The notes under the pieces were generated by a model. It was not told the DNA's origin and did no database searches. It was given only the letters and a program-made list of their open reading frames with translations. From assembly GCF_018350175.1 (NCBI RefSeq), contig NC_058368.1:48796001-48860000 (forward strand): a DNA stretch of 64,000 nt, read 5' to 3'. The stretch is from Felis catus (taxonomy: Eukaryota). Made by a program: the position numbers and the translations under genes. Shown in pieces: positions 1-12,492 of this stretch. Position 1 is the stretch's first letter, and each line of letters begins with the position of its first letter.

Positions 1-123
1 TAGATGACATCTGTTTCACATTTAAAGATGCTCAAAGAGAGGACAAAAATAAAAGAAAGACACTCTGATGTTTTCATTTTGAGGTAGCTGACATTCCCGA
101 TGACACTCTTTTCTCCTACTTAC

Positions 124-433
124 ATCAAAAAGTAATGTGATTCCTTCATTTCTTTTTCATAGACACAGCTGGAGCTATAAGAACCACCCACCTGATAATT
201 ATGTGCTTGCCTCAACTCCCTCTCAACTGTCTCCTTCGGAACTTCCTTCTTTTGAGGAGTTTGTTGTTGACTCTGTAGGTGATGGGGCAAAGAGGCCGCT
301 TTGGGAGTAGATTTCTGTGGTCGGCCCTTTGGCCACTTACATATTGTGTGATCTCAACTTTTCCAACCTCCAGTTTCTCTATCAACAACAATATCTCGTA
401 AGATCGTATTAGATTGTTTAAAATATTTATCAC
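124..433 (-). pseudogene. Pseudo-exon, 310 nt, phase 1-2
   Basis: ttgttttttaatcag| ... GAT|gtaagt; DKYFKQSNTILRDIVVDRETGGWKS*DHTICKWPKGRPQKSTPKAASLPHHLQSQQQTPQKKEVPKETVERELRQAHNYQVGGSYSSSCVYEKEMKESHYFL, with a single TGA (354-356) in ~103 codons. Confidence 0.65.
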
Positions 434-1179
434 CTGATTAAAAAACAATTTCCAAACAGCAGAACTTAATTTAGTTAGTTTTAGTAGAAAAGTAAATTAT
501 TAAAGATGGTTTACAAAATCTTTGAGAGGTCTAGAGAATCAGACACAGCAGCCTCGCGGCCAAGAAAAAGATCGAATTCATACCCTTGCTGGTCATAGGT
601 ACTGCAGGGCTGAGGAAGGGACTCACTGCCAGGAAGCCCGTCACGCTGGTCTCTGTGCCGCACCTCACCATGCATGCCAGGAAAAGGGAGTCCTTATGCA
701 GTCTCCTGCCTCCTTGTTCCCCTCCAAACTCAGTCTCCTTTGGGTAAGTCTGGTTGGCCTAACATAGGCGCCCAAGGTTGGGAAACTCAACCCTGGTTTC
801 TACCCTGGGATGCAAGACTCAAAGAGGAAAAACTCCATACATTTAAGGAGGCTTTTTATGGCTGGTGGCTGGCCACAAAGCATGACATACCCACAGTGGT
901 TTAAGAATATACGGTACCTGGCACATAATGAAAACTCCAAAAATGTATTTACTTTTGTTACCATGGGGTATTATGAAAAGAAAATGAGATAAATTATGGT
1001 ACTCTTGATATGCATGAATATATCCTTTTGTTAGCTGTTTTCTACTTTTTAAGTATAAAGCATGTTTAAAAAGCATGCCTCAGGTGCAAAATATTTTAAA
1101 GATCACACATGCAACCTTGTGTAAATTGCAAGACAACACATTGAATGTGTTAGATGTCTTGTGTTTTTCTCTCTAGCTT

Positions 1180-1740
1180 CCCTTGTCACATCCCTGCATC
1201 CTTCTCTGGAGACTAAGACTCCGATAGATAGCAGCAGGCTTCTTTAGCCTCAGATTCTCCTTGAGTCTGCCAAAGAGAATGCTAGCAGGAGATCAGAGGG
1301 CGGAGGGAGCGTAAAGACAGGAAAATTGAGCTGGAGTTTTCTTGCAAGGTGCAGGGATCACGGGGTTGGCTGCATCCCTTGGTCCAAAGTCACATAATGT
1401 TTACAGCACTGTCCATAACAGGCTCTGGTAAGTAGTGGGAAAGAGGGATAAATTCTATGTCATTTAAACTGCTACTTGATTTTGTAACAGAAATATACAT
1501 TTGTGTTCTTTAGCTTGGTTTCTTAGTTTTTTGTTAGTAAGCTTTCTCCATCTTTAGGTTCTCCTGGCCTGGCATCTTTCAGCTCAAGGATGGTACCAGT
1601 GCCCCTGGTAACCAGCCCCATGGTACCACAGTATCCTTTGTACACTCTGCACACTTGAAAGTAATCCCTTAATTAAATTCTCCCCAAATATATAAGTTGA
1701 CTGAGCCATCTCTTTCCTACCTGGACTCTGACCAGTATCC
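1180..1740 (+). mobile_element. Degenerate ERVL-class LTR (LTR16/LTR33-like)
   Basis: agcaggagatcagagggcggaggg core and a 3' end with ttaaattctcc...ccatctctttcct...ctctgac resembling these LTRs. Confidence 0.4.
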
Positions 1741-2678
1741 TGAAAGTGCATTGTTGAAGGATATTGTAGATCCACATAACACAATATTTGTTTAGAATTA
1801 AAAATAACTGTGTGCTTCCTGCATCTCTTTTATTAAGCTAGTTTAATTTAAAGTGTGTACACATGAAGGGACAGTGTGCTCAATAAAAGTCTGGGGAAGG
1901 TGAGGGTTTACCTTCAATAGTTAATTAATTTGGTGAACATTTATTTGGTTTCTTTGCTAGTCCAGGCCCCGAGCAAAAATTTAAAATAGTTAAGGGAGTA
2001 TGACCTGCACTCAGCTGTGAGTCTTAAAGAGGTAAGGTCTCAGAACAGTAGAATTTATTTTTTTCAGCAACTTTCAAGTATATAATAGCTACCGAAATAG
2101 AAATAATGACTAGAATTATTCATGTGGTCATAATAAAAAATTGATAACAAGAAGAGAAAATGTATAAACACTGTCCAGATTTCCTAGTTTCTTTTGATGG
2201 CTATTTTGAATTCTATAAAGTAATTTTGCAGGCATCTTTACAAAACTGTAATTTTTAAACATACGAATATCAAGAAGGAACCATTCAATTTTCTGTGGGC
2301 AACTCAATTTTCATGAGAGTAAAGCAGAAGTTAATTGGTACGTGAAGTTAAAATTCCAAGAGTGTATAAGGATCACTCAGTTAAAAACTAATTCTCTCTC
2401 CCATTGTTTACAAACACACACACACACACACACACAGAATAAATCTCACAATTTTAACTGTATTTTCTCTAGTGGTATTAGTTTTGATTTCATATATATA
2501 AAGATCTAAAACATGGAAACTTCTCTTGTCTCACTGTGAGATCAGTGTATGGTAAAGGAATATATAAATGTTTCCATCCAAAGCATCATTTAAACAATTT
2601 TAAACAATTATCAAACAAGTATAAGGTAATAGTGATGAAAGATTTTAAAATCCTTCATAATCACTCTTATTGTATCAC

Positions 2679-2802
2679 CCAGATGTGAGTGTAATAGGCA
2701 TTTTATGAAATATTTTCATATCCTGTACTTTTTTTGGCCTCTGAGGCTCCCCACCCATTTTGTCAATGCCAGTTGTCCTTCCAGAAAGAGGGCGGGTACC
2801 AT
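2679..2802 (-). pseudogene. Pseudo-exon, phase-1 start, donor uncertain
   Basis: ccctctttgttccag|; GTRPLSGRTTGIDKMGGEPQRPKKVQDMKIFHKMPITLTSG*. Confidence 0.45.
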
Positions 2803-3332
2803 CTGGAACAAAGAGGGCATTGATCAGTTTCGAGTTCTAAAGCCAACTTTTAAAAAAATTCCAGCAAGAGAGCTGAGCCTTTTAGAGAGTGAAAAGAGTT
2901 TTCTAAAATGCCAAAAAAGAAAAAAAGTGAGAGAGAGAAAGGAAAATGAAAGAAAGAAGAAAAAGCAAAAGGAAAAAGAAATCCCTCCTGTTCTCATATC
3001 AAAAGCAAAGACAGGGAGTTTTGTCTGTAAACCCCAAGTAGAGAAAACAACTAGAAGAGAGAGTGGAAAAGGCTCCTGGTCAGAGAGGCAGACGCCGAAG
3101 GAGACCAAGGCAGAGAAAGAAGGGTGTCCTGGCTTAGCCCTAACTAAAACCGGAACGTGGCGATGGCAAGTATAGTTGGGTGTGGTGTTTGAAGGCTGTG
3201 AAAAAATACATAAAAGAGAAACTGTTCAGAATTCCAGCACAGCAGGACTTGTTTTTCTCTTCCCTGGGCACTGCCTGGGAAGATTAAAGGCCACCTCAGA
3301 AAAGTGCTTGGTCCAAGGTGGGACACTCCAGG

Positions 3333-3653
3333 CCAGCACCACTCAAAGTGCGGTCCTGAGAAGGTGCTGGCCTGCAATTCTTTGTTGTGGCCTCCAGTCC
3401 ATCCTGAGGTAAGTTCTGAAATGGGTTTAGAAACTTCCATAGCAATTTGATAGACTAGTGTCATGGATTGAATGTTTGCGCCCTCCCCCCCAAGCCCATC
3501 ACATTCATAATTTGAAACCCTACCCCTCAATGTCATGGTAGTAGAAGGTGGGGCCTGTGGGAGGTCATTGGGATTAGACAAGAACTTGAGGGTTCTTGAG
3601 GAAACTTGGGGTTTATGGATGGGATTAGTGCCCTAAAGTAGAGAGAGAGAGAG

Positions 3654-3690
<37 letters not shown>

Positions 3691-4022
3691 CACTTGCCTC
3701 CTCTCTCCTTCCCTTGATGTGAAGATACCCCCAGAAGTTGTCACACTGGCCCGCTTGCACTTTTAGCCTCCAGAACTGTAAGAAATACATTTCTGTTGTT
3801 TATAAGCCACACGGTCTGTGATATTTTTGTTATAGGAGCGCAAACTGACTTAAAAAAAACCAAATTTAAGCCTGTTGAATCAAATATGTTAAAAAACTGG
3901 GGCTTGTATTGTGTACCTCTTTATTATTTATTTTTCTAGTAATTGATTTTTATTGTATTTTATAGAAATACTGGTCTGCAAGGGATGGTGGGGAGAACCC
4001 ATTACAGTTTGAGAAGCATTGT
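3333..4022. mobile_element. hAT-Charlie-type MITE (MER-type) interrupted by an MLT1 LTR
   Basis: Terminal inverted repeats cagcaccactcaaagtg ... cagtttgagaagcattg. Confidence 0.55.
3458..3853 (+). mobile_element. MaLR solo LTR (MLT1A-like)
   Basis: tgtcatggattgaatgtttg start; gcctccagaactgtaagaaatacatttctgttgtttataagccac...aactgact end; internal (GA)n. Confidence 0.85.
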
Positions 4023-4899
4023 TCTGTAGGCTGTATTACAAGTGGCTGAGTGAGGGCTCAAATAGAAGGATGGAAGTCAGACTCTCCACTTCTCCAACTC
4101 TCCCCGCACTCTTGAGTCTCATGTACCACGGAAGGAATCCAGAAAGCAGTAAGTGTGTTTAACTAGTAGGGTACATGGAATTACCTGAATGGAGAATCCA
4201 GGAGCCAGCTGTGGAGACCAGAGCAAAGTGACCCCACAGCACAGGCTGCAGGGTAGATGGCTAAATCAGACCTGGACAAATCTCTTGCTGATCCTCAAAC
4301 AGGCCCACAGTGCCAGGCCAAGGTGTTTTCACAGAACCAGTGTGGGAACAACCCATGAGTCCACCAGACCCAGCACTGTGGGCCCACAGGTCATTCGGAC
4401 AGGACATTAATGAAGCAGTGAACAAGGACGTAAAATTCATCTATTTGCAGGATCTCTGGGCATGGCTCCAGTAACTTCTATCCCAGTAACTCATGGTTTT
4501 GAAAGTCCCCCATCCAGGAACCATCTTGGGAATGGGAGTGGAGAAGAACAGAAAGATTGAGGATTTACTCCAAAGTGACTGCCCCAAAAGCTTATATACT
4601 GTCACTTGAGAGTTATGTTTTCTCCATTACCCAGCAGTGTACTAGCTGGAGAGCAAAATTAAAATAGAAAATAAAAAAAATTATATTTCTTTCTTAACTA
4701 AGTGGTATTGCATAAATTATTGACCCTGCCATGCACCCAATAAGTTGTGACGATAAAAATCATGCCTAGTACATAGTACATTTTTAATAAAGCCTTGCTG
4801 AAATATCAAAGGGAACTCAAGAATGTTACATTTTAAAAATATCCACATAAGCAGAATTAGGATGGTATAGGATCCACTACAGAGGCACTCTCCACTTAC

Positions 4900-5044
4900 A
4901 GGGTGGCTCAAGCATCTCAATTCCATTGCTCAATATTTTAGGTGAAATAAATGAATTATATAAGAAAGTTGTGGCCATGTGGATTGACGATAAAGTCCTG
5001 AGTAAGCAGTCAGATAGGAAGTTCTCCAAATCAAGGGAATATTC
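4900..5044 (-). pseudogene. Pseudo-exon, 145 nt, phase 0-1, open
   Basis: tatttccccctgag| (GAG acceptor, atypical) ... CCT|gtaagt; EYSLDLENFLSDCLLRTLSSIHMATTFLYNSFISPKILSNGIEMLEPP. Confidence 0.55.
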
Positions 5045-5139
5045 CTCAGGGGGAAATAATATTTAATCCATTTAAAAAGAATCGTTAAGCTTCTCAAAAG
5101 GATGAGATACAACAGGTTGGGGGGTGACTTTCCCCTTAC

Positions 5140-5210
5140 CTCTACACAGAAACGTCACTGTAACAATCCCAAATCCCCTCTCAGGTATTGACTATGACTT
5201 TTGGGGATAT
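5140..5210 (-). pseudogene. Pseudo-exon, 71 nt, phase 1-0
   Basis: ttacctgctag| ... GAG|gtaagg; IPKSHSQYLRGDLGLLQ*RFCVE. Confidence 0.5.
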
Positions 5211-5229
5211 CTAGCAGGTAACGATCATA

Positions 5230-5880
5230 GTCATTCTTTCAATAGACATGACAGCAGCCTAGTAACTAGGCCAGATGCTGGAGAGTTAAAGATATTTAAA
5301 GATAAGTTACAGACTTAAAGAGATTCTTCCCACTCTTAAGGAGTTCACACTCCAGTGGGAGAAACAGAAGTGTAAACAGAGACACAACAATGTCATCTAT
5401 GCCATGAGCAAGAGTGAAGGAAGCTACATAGCAGAGCAGAAGTGAAACATCTTTTTATAGGCTTAATCAGTGAAGGATTCCCTAAGAAGGAGGTGATCTT
5501 TTGGGCTTGGGCTGAGTCTTGCATACTTCGGCAGCAAGGGTGGTTGGTAGAATCAGGCAGGTGGGGGATGAGGAGAGAACAAAGTATGTCTAAGTTTACA
5601 AAGCAACAGAGATGACACGCTTGAAGGACTTGACATGGTTCTTCTGTGACTGGAGCCAAGAGAACCTTTGGGGGTATGTGACAGGTGGCAGTGAGAAAAG
5701 TCTGCAGGGTCAAGATGAATGTTATAGATGGGTTTGAAGGCAGAATAACCTGACTGGAAATTGTTTAGAAGTATTATTCTAGAAGTTACACGGCAGATGG
5801 AGTAGAGTGGGAAAAGTCTGAAGATATAAGAACATACGACCAGCTTGTAAAAGTCCAGGTGAGAGATGATATCTGGCATT
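5230..5880 (-). mobile_element. LINE L2 fragment
   Basis: aaggagttcacactccagtgggagaaacag and aaggaggtgatcttttgggct...gtccaggtgagagatgat motifs typical of an antisense L2 3' region. Confidence 0.65.
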
Positions 5881-5934
5881 TTCTGACTGCCAAATATGAC
5901 TCATTCAGGCCCCCATAAGAAAAAGGGGGTCTTT

Positions 5935-6165
5935 GGGGCGCCTGGGTGGCTCAGTCGGTTAAGCGGCCGACTTCGGCTCAGGTCATGATCTGGCGGTCTG
6001 TGAATTTGAGCCCCGCGTTGAGCTCTGTGCTGACAGCTCAGAGCCTGGAGCCTGTTTCAGATTCTGTGTCTCCCTCTCTCTGACCCTCCCCCATTCATGC
6101 TCTGTCTCTCTCTGTCTCAAAAATAAATAAACGTTAAAAAAATTTTTTTTAAAAAGAAAAAGAAA
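5935..6165 (+). mobile_element. CAN-SINE (SINEC_Fc-type)
   Basis: ggggcgcctgggtggctcagtcggttaagc head, (CT)n, AATAAA, A tail; TSD aagaaaaagggg(g/a)tct. Confidence 0.95.
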
Positions 6166-6530
6166 AAGGGGATCTCTTCACATGCAAACTGGACCTGGAG
6201 TCCATAAGCCTGGCTAATCTCATGTCTGTGACATTAGTTCAATCTCATAGAGTGTTTCTGCTTCTCCCTGCGGATATACAGCCCTCCTCTTGATGCAATA
6301 GCTCATTCCCTCCATTTTATTTATCCCAATTCCTAGATGTTTTGCATATTAGTCTTTTCCCGACCAAGACAATTTTTGCTGTTCTGCCTGTTAGTCTGTT
6401 TCCCTCATAATTCTGCAGCCCAAAGTACAGGTAAATGAGATTTAGGTTTCATTCCTATAGCACTGGAAATTCCATGCCCCTTTGGGTGCTACCTTTTTAT
6501 TCATGCAGACATTCTTGCATAATCTATTGT

Positions 6531-6738
6531 GTTTTTTTTTTTAAGTTTATTTATTTATTTTGAGAGAGAGTGAGAGAGAGCGAGAGAGCGTGTGTACAGG
6601 AGCGGGGGTGGGGGGAGAGACAGGGAGAGAGAGAATCCCAATCCCTGTTATGGGCTCAATCTCACAAACTGGGAGATCATGATGTAAGCCGAAATCAAGA
6701 ATCTGATACTTAACTGACTGAGCCACCCAGGTGTCCCC
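6531..6738 (-). mobile_element. CAN-SINE, older
   Basis: T tail, (GA)n, ends tgagccacccaggtgtcccc. Confidence 0.9.
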
Positions 6739-6741
6739 TAA

Positions 6742-6964
6742 TTTTTTTTTAATGTTTATTTGTTTATTGAGAGAGAGAGAGAGATAGAGAGTGAGGTAGA
6801 GAGCCAGCAGGGGAGGGACAGAGAGAGAGGGAGACAGAATCCCAGCAGGCTCCACACTGTGAGTGCAAGCCTGATGTAGGGCTCCAACTCACTAACTGTA
6901 AGATCATGACCTGAGCTGAAATCAAGAGTCAGACGCTTAACTGACTGAGCCACCCAGGCACCCC
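6742..6964 (-). mobile_element. CAN-SINE, older, tandem with the previous one
   Basis: T tail, (GA)n, ends tgagccacccaggcacccc. Confidence 0.9.
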
Positions 6965-9450
6965 AGTCCCGTATTTGTTTTTTAACAGTTGTCTCCTTTC
7001 ACTATCTGCAAATCCTAGTGAAGAAAGCACTTTTCATTCCCAAGATGGCTTCTCTTATTATTCTATTTTTAATGACCAAGAGAAGTGTGCATCTTTCAGC
7101 CCAAACAGGGAACCTGGTTTGGAGCAGTTGAGTAGGACACAAGTTTAGAGAAATGTTCTAACACTGCTATCCCCTACACTGTTTGTAAACCTTTTTCACA
7201 TTGGCCATTGGTAGTCTAGCTCTTCGTTGTTGCTAATTGGATCACAGATGACCTCCAGGTACCTCTGGAACTCCAGAAAGTTTCCGAGGGCAAAGATCTG
7301 GAGATGGTTGACTCCTGAGGCTTTGCATATAGACTGCAGATAGCAACCTATTGTTTGGGAAGGGCTGTCCTCACGGTTCCTCAGTCTTCCACAACGCTAC
7401 ATCCAAATTTACACTTCCTGTAAAGGTCTATTGCCTGTTGAGCGTACTCTAGTCCTGTTAGTCACATCTTTCTATTGCAAGGTACCACAGAGCTCCTGTC
7501 TTCTTTGCCTTCTTCTCCTTCCTTTCTCATCTCAAGCTTGGGATGAATTTGGCTAGATCTTCTCAATTGCATTTTGCACTCCTGGTTAAGCAAATGTAAA
7601 ATTCATGTCTACCTATTCTCATGAAGCTCTTCCTCATACTCCTGAGACAACTCCTATGATTTCTTTTTGATACTATTCTTTTTCCCCACACTCTGATTTT
7701 GCACATCACTGGATCAAATGCTGTGTTTGAAGCCTTAGGACAAGCCTGCACCTCATTCTACTCTTGGGGGAAGCAGATGAATGCAGACATGTAATTCAAA
7801 GGGACCCAGGAGTCAGGAAATCCAGACTGCTCTGGCTCCTCTCAGATGGTTCCAATTGCTAGTATGACAGTCTTTGCCAAGGAGGGCATTAATTTTAACC
7901 ATAGAAACCTGGCAAGTCAGACAATTCAGCTTGACATTGCAATTCAGCAGTGGGAACTATTAGTTTTGGATCTGATTTTAAGTGGTCTCAGAATACCGGT
8001 TACAAACAGAAAGGGTTTCCTCAAGCCAAGTCATATGGTGGCCCTGTGTTTCCTTATCTGCTTTCAGCCAGGCAACCTGGGACCAGAGCATGTGCTGCCC
8101 TGTTGCAACCGTCTAATAGTATGACAGGCAGTCGTCCAGCTCTGCCGTTCTTGAATTTTATTTCATTTTTGCCTTCTTATTTCATTATCCCTGAACAATG
8201 ACATGTACATTACTGGGGAAAAAAAGAAAATACAATTGGAAAAATCCTAAAAGTCTCTTATAATTCCACCCTCTGAAAGTAACTGCTTTTAACAAATTGG
8301 TGCCTATCCTTCTAGAAGAGGCAATATGGGAAGAGAGATACAGAGGGAGGGAGAATTGTGCTTGCATTTCCTATTTCCTTGGAATTGCTCCAAAGCAAAA
8401 TCACCAAAGCCTTGCTTTGGCCAGGACAGTATCCACTTTATCTTTGCCTCACAAGGATGGCTTGCTTCTCCATCCTGGAAGGGATTGTCCTATCTTCTAC
8501 AGCCCTACAAACAAATTTGCACCCCCTTGAAGAGACTGTGATTGCAAGGATACTCTTGACCCCCTTTCTGTGTTAGCCACCTCCTTCTGGTTGCAAGGCA
8601 TAGAGACTAATATCTTTAATAAAAAGGAATGTTCATTTTTGTGCACTCGTGTGCCAGATTTGCAATTGTCAATCTGTCTACAAGTCAGCACTTCCAAGGA
8701 CTAACTTCTCTCTATTTTTCTAACACAGAACTCTTGGCTTCACCCAGCATGTCTGCTCTGCTCTCCTTTTTTTCTATGGATAGGTCAATCCCTTCCATAT
8801 TCCACATCCAAATTATGGCAGGAAATAACCTGCTAGATGCTGCTGCCTCTTTTGAACAGCATGTTCTGTGTTAAGTGACCTCATTAATCACTGGGTACTC
8901 TTGGAGCAGGTGTGTCTGCTCTGGTCCATTTATTAGCAGCTCTTCTTTAGAGAATGGACTAACGCTCCTTTCACAAAAGAGGAAAATAGGAAAGGTCTGG
9001 GTGGGTGTGGCAGGCAGCAACTAGCATGTTCAATAATGATATTGCCAACAAAAGAAGTGGCAGGGGAAGGTAGGTAGGGGTTTGATCGAAAGCTATTTAG
9101 GAGGTGGAGGTTACAGGACAGAACTTAGTGACTGATCATTAAACACTTAGATCTCTGGTTTACAGGAACCAGTTATGGGGTTCTATGAAGAGATAAAGAG
9201 TAGAAAAGATGGCATTGGTTTAGGAATTTATTTCTAGGTATATCCTAGAAATACCTAGGGGATACCTGTCATACTATGCATGGGGATATCTTGCAAATAA
9301 TATCTCTTTGCAAATACTAATGCAAATCTAGAGCCAAGGGTAGAGATATGGCTGGAGGAAATTGATTTGGGAGTCATTGTACATAGATTGCAGATTTCAA
9401 TCTGCTGCTTGAGGAACTGCTCTCTCCACCGTGGAAGAAGGCCAGATGCA

Positions 9451-9455
9451 AATAA

Positions 9456-9498
<43 letters not shown>

Positions 9499-9500
9499 AA
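9451..9500. repeat. (AAAT)n microsatellite
   Basis: Direct reading. Confidence 0.95.
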
Positions 9501-10284
9501 ATGGTGGCAAACTGAGTTTTGAAGGGAACACTACTTCTTTTTAGAGTTATTTCCCCTTATCAGATTTATAAATTAACAGCACCAATAGTAAAAATCAAGC
9601 ATCAATTTCCCAACAAAAACCTTTTGAAGACCATTATAATTCATAAGACTTCCTGATAGGATCTAAGACAACCTAACCTAGCTATTAGGATAAAGTAATT
9701 AAAGGTAGTGCTGATGTGTTCCAGCTGCCATTGAGATGTATAAGGTGAAAAACAGGAAATGTTATGATCTATGTAATGTGAAAACCTGTATTCGGCTTGG
9801 TGGAGTATAACAGGAAGTGACTCTTGTTGGTAAAGAAGGTTTTAAAATGCCCTTTCCTTGCCACAGTTCACAGGAAATTAATTATGTCGGGGAAACGGAG
9901 CTGCCAAGGAGAAGGCAGACCCGGCACTCAGGTTACAGGGACAGAGAGCTACAGTATCACCCTGCTATTCCCATTGACCAAAAGGGAGGTGGCTGGCAAT
10001 CTGTAAAACAGCTTTACCAATATTCAGTCCCCAAAGACTCTCTTTTGAAAAGCGCATAACTGGAGCCTCAGAAGAAGCAGAGCTTGAATGGCTGGATGCA
10101 GAAAGACCTTTGAAAGAAGACATGGAGATTACATGGACGTTAATTGTTTCTTAAAGCTTAAGGGAGAAACTCCAGAAGAGCAGGGAGATATGATAGGAAG
10201 TAAATGGAGATTTTGCAGTGCTTCCTTCGCCTTCCACCAGCACTGCCATCAGCACTGCCGGAGAGGGGGCTTCGGAATGATGCA

Positions 10285-10435
10285 GCTCTGGCTTTCAATC
10301 CTAGTTTTATTATTTATTATATGTGTGACTTGGGGCAAGATTTTAAATTTCATCTGTAGAAAAGAGACGTGGCTTAGCAGTATTGCAAAAACCGAGATAA
10401 TGAATGCAAAGTGCCTGCCCCGTGGAAAATACTGA
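10285..10435 (+). mobile_element. MIR fragment
   Basis: tgtgtgacttggggcaag...tttcatctgtagaa core. Confidence 0.65.
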
Positions 10436-10611
10436 AATGTGGGCCCTTATTATTTCCAAAGAACTTTGTCAGTAAATACAAAAATACCTGTAAGAACTCT
10501 TCTAGGTTCCCTTATAAAATTACTCTTCTCAATGCATTTCCCCCTTGGGTTTGAAAATCCATCCACCACAAAATCTTTCCTACTAAAATAATTTAGTTTT
10601 AGGAATCTTAC

Positions 10612-10962
10612 CTTAACATTTGAGGTTAATTCACTGGTTTGAAGGCTAAATTGAATGACATTCATTTTCCTCCAAATCGTAAGCAATTTTTAGTTTTAAA
10701 AATATGTTGAAGTTTCTATTTTGCGTATGACTCTGCCTATTACTTGGATGATTCAGAAACCCAAGTTTCTGTGTGGCATCTGGAGGGACTTCAGGAATTC
10801 ATGGCTGGGTGGATGATTGCACCACCATTGCTGCATGTTTGGGATATCTGGGCTGTGTAGCATCTTGCTAGCAACTTCTTTCCAGTTTATTAGTGCATTG
10901 CAGACTTCAAGAGGTCTCCCTAGTCCTTTGAGTGTTGGGCTTTGTATAAAGCCAGAGCCAGT
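10612..10962 (-). pseudogene. Pseudo-exon, 351 nt
   Basis: gatttattttag| after a 65-nt intron; AAG|gtaaga donor; phase-1 frame DWLWLYTKPNTQRTRETS*...QDATQPRYPKHAAMVVQSSTQP*IPEVPPDATQKLGFLNHPSNRQ...IAYDLEENECHSI with several stops; reading frame ambiguous. Confidence 0.5.
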
Positions 10963-11027
10963 CTAAAATAAATCATACGGCATATGTTGATGACAGAAAA
11001 TGACCATAGAGTTATCTTCCCACTTAC

Positions 11028-11869
11028 CCTTTATTTTTATATTTAGTGAACTTCCTTCGACTTTGACATAGTTGCCCTATATTTTTTTCATCCTTGGTTG
11101 TCTTTAAAAAAAATTTTTTTTTAATGTTTTTTATTTATTTTTGACAGAACAGAGACAGAGTGCGAGAAGGGGAGGGGCAGATAGACACAGAATCCGAAGC
11201 AAGCTCCAGGCTCTGAGCTGACAGCACAGAGCCCTAAGCGGGGCTCAAACTCATAAACCATGAGATCATGACCTGAGCAGAAGTTGGACACTTAACTAAC
11301 TGAGCCACCCAGGTGCCCCTCGTTTTTTTTTTTTTTGTATGTGTGTGTATTTTGTTTGTTTGTTTCTTTGTTTGTTTTTGAGAGACAGAGAATGAGCAGG
11401 GGAGGGGCAGAGAAAGAGGGAGACACAGAATCTAAAGCAGGCTCCAGTCTCTGAGCTGTCAGCACAGAGTCCCACACAGGGCTCGAACCCGTGAACCTTT
11501 GAGATCATGTCCTGAGCCAAAGTTGGCCGCTTAACCAACTGAGACACCCAGGTGCCTCTGTTCTCTTTTTTAATATTTATTTATTTCTGAGCAAGAGACT
11601 GGTAGAGAGAGAGAGAGAAGGAAAGGGAGAGAGAGAGAGAGAGACTGAGTGCAAGCGGGGGAGGGATAGAGAGAGAGGGAGACACAGAATCCTGAAGCTG
11701 AGCTGTGAGCACAGAGCCCAACTTGGGGCTCAAACTCAAGAACCGTGAGATCATGACCTGAGTCAAAGTTGGATGTTTAACCGACTGAATCACCCAGGGG
11801 CCCCTTTTTTGTCCTTGGTTCTATTTTGCTGTGTAAATATTCCAAAAGTAGGTACTGGTAGATAAATTC
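11028..11869 (-). pseudogene. Pseudo-exon split by a three-SINE insertion
   Basis: tctctgcccctcag| at 11869 and AGG|gtaagt at 11028; removing SINEs plus one TSD copy leaves 121 nt reading IYLPVPTFGIFTQQNRTKDEK...; one extra base relative to a 1-1 phase. Confidence 0.6.
11103..11804 (-). mobile_element. Three adjacent/nested CAN-SINEs (11103-11319, 11322-11556, 11565-11804)
   Basis: Three antisense SINE bodies, each ending cacccagg(t/g)gcc; outer TSD ttttttcatccttggtt / ttttttgtccttggtt. Confidence 0.95.
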
Positions 11870-12492
11870 CTGAGGGGCAGAGACTGACAGCAAATTCACT
11901 CAGAATGGAAACAAATTACTAAATACATTTTGCTGTATTTAAGCCAACTTAATGAGTTCATAATTAAAAACATTGGCAGAGTGTCACTGCATCATAAAAT
12001 GTTGTCAGATGAAGTTCTTTGTGACCAAATTGGGGGAGAAATGAAGAAGTACCTCATTCTCCTGAGACAACTGGGATCTACTCCTGAGATTTACTAGACT
12101 TTCAGAGAAGCTAACATGTGGATTGAGGTTTGCGAGAGGCCCTGCCAGGCGTGTAGGCACTAAAGTGTGCGACCTTCTTACCCAAGCATATAAAGAAAAA
12201 AAAAATTATCTAAAAAGTGATATTGACTGGCTCTGACTCAGCAAAAATGTCCTTGGGTCCAAACAAATACATAAAGCTTTGGTAACCATGTATGATTAAG
12301 GATTAACTTGCTTTGGCCTACCTATGCAACTTTCCTGATCCCCACATGGTCAGAGAGAAAGGACTTGGCTCTCTCTATATGTCATTTATAACAACACTGC
12401 ACAGTCAACTAGAACAAATACATCTGGACCCTGAAACTCTTTTGCTGGGCAGAGAAGGTGAGAACATGCTTAGCTGAGTTTGAAGCCTTTAC

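Noticed and set aside
354..356. In-frame TGA as selenocysteine or readthrough
   Set aside because: Other exons carry TAA/TAG stops, frameshifts and a SINE insertion; no SECIS evidence
212..448. 78-aa minus ORF in the ORF track
   Set aside because: Overlaps the 124-433 pseudo-exon in a different frame; starts at a non-ATG codon in intronic sequence
2705..3175. 156-aa plus-strand ORF
   Set aside because: Stays open because of a purine-rich low-complexity tract; its start lies antisense to a pseudo-exon; no protein-like features
5935..6020. tRNA-like A/B boxes here and in other SINE heads
   Set aside because: CAN-SINE tRNA-derived heads followed by (CT)n and poly-A; not tRNA genes
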